Source: a virus | Taxonomy: Duplodnaviria > Caudoviricetes | Reading direction: 5' to 3' (one strand) | Virus record (IMG/VR): IMGVR_UViG_3300009540_000001 | Span: 64,001-128,000 of that record | Length of the DNA stretch: 64,000 nucleotides | In this document: positions 63,918-64,000 of the stretch, piece after piece | Position numbering within the stretch: the first letter of the stretch is position 1 | How the letters are laid out: every line of letters starts with the position of its first letter | The notes under the pieces: generated by a model | Databases searched by the model: none | What the model was told of the DNA's origin: nothing | What the model saw: the letters and a program-made list of their open reading frames with translations, nothing else | Position numbers and translations under genes: made by a program

Positions 63918-64000
63918 CGCGTGATCTCCTCGTAGGCGTTTTGAATCGCGGCGCCTTGATACGGCTGTCCAACCGCGTAGGCGTCATCGTCGTATCCGGC

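Noticed and set aside
1-64000. Genome-wide amber (TAG) recoding
   Set aside because: Long genes are intact under the standard code, and TAG acts as a normal stop at 3111, 24557 and 40197; only one suspicious TAG was found (16047).

Overview
This window is part of a large, high-GC tailed bacteriophage genome (jumbo-like, contractile tail); it is not host chromosome. After a partial SNF2-type helicase (minus strand), a plus-strand block (about 0.96-40.2 kb) encodes a probable portal and a bacterial-type multisubunit RNA polymerase. The polymerase is arranged as a beta/beta'-N fusion plus a separate beta'-C gene and carries an inorganic-pyrophosphatase-like insert. The block continues with many probable internal head proteins, an intein-containing prohead protease, a decoration protein, the major capsid protein, and neck, sheath, tube and baseplate-spike genes. 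The mostly minus-strand block (40-64 kb) has thymidine kinase, tail-fibre and other structural genes, a complete tmRNA flanked by two HNH genes, a tandem DUF6948-like pair and a family of tiny Gly-Asp-Gly peptides. Three window-wide signals stand out. (1) K-x-A motifs bracket modular inserts in head proteins and in the RNAP, suggesting protease-released cargo. (2) About 40 copies of a 13-bp palindrome, TTTAC-NNN-GTAAA, are embedded mostly in coding sequence. (3) A TAnnnT(T) box sits 5-7 nt before many start codons, suggesting leaderless transcripts. All assignments come from reading motifs by eye; no searches were run.
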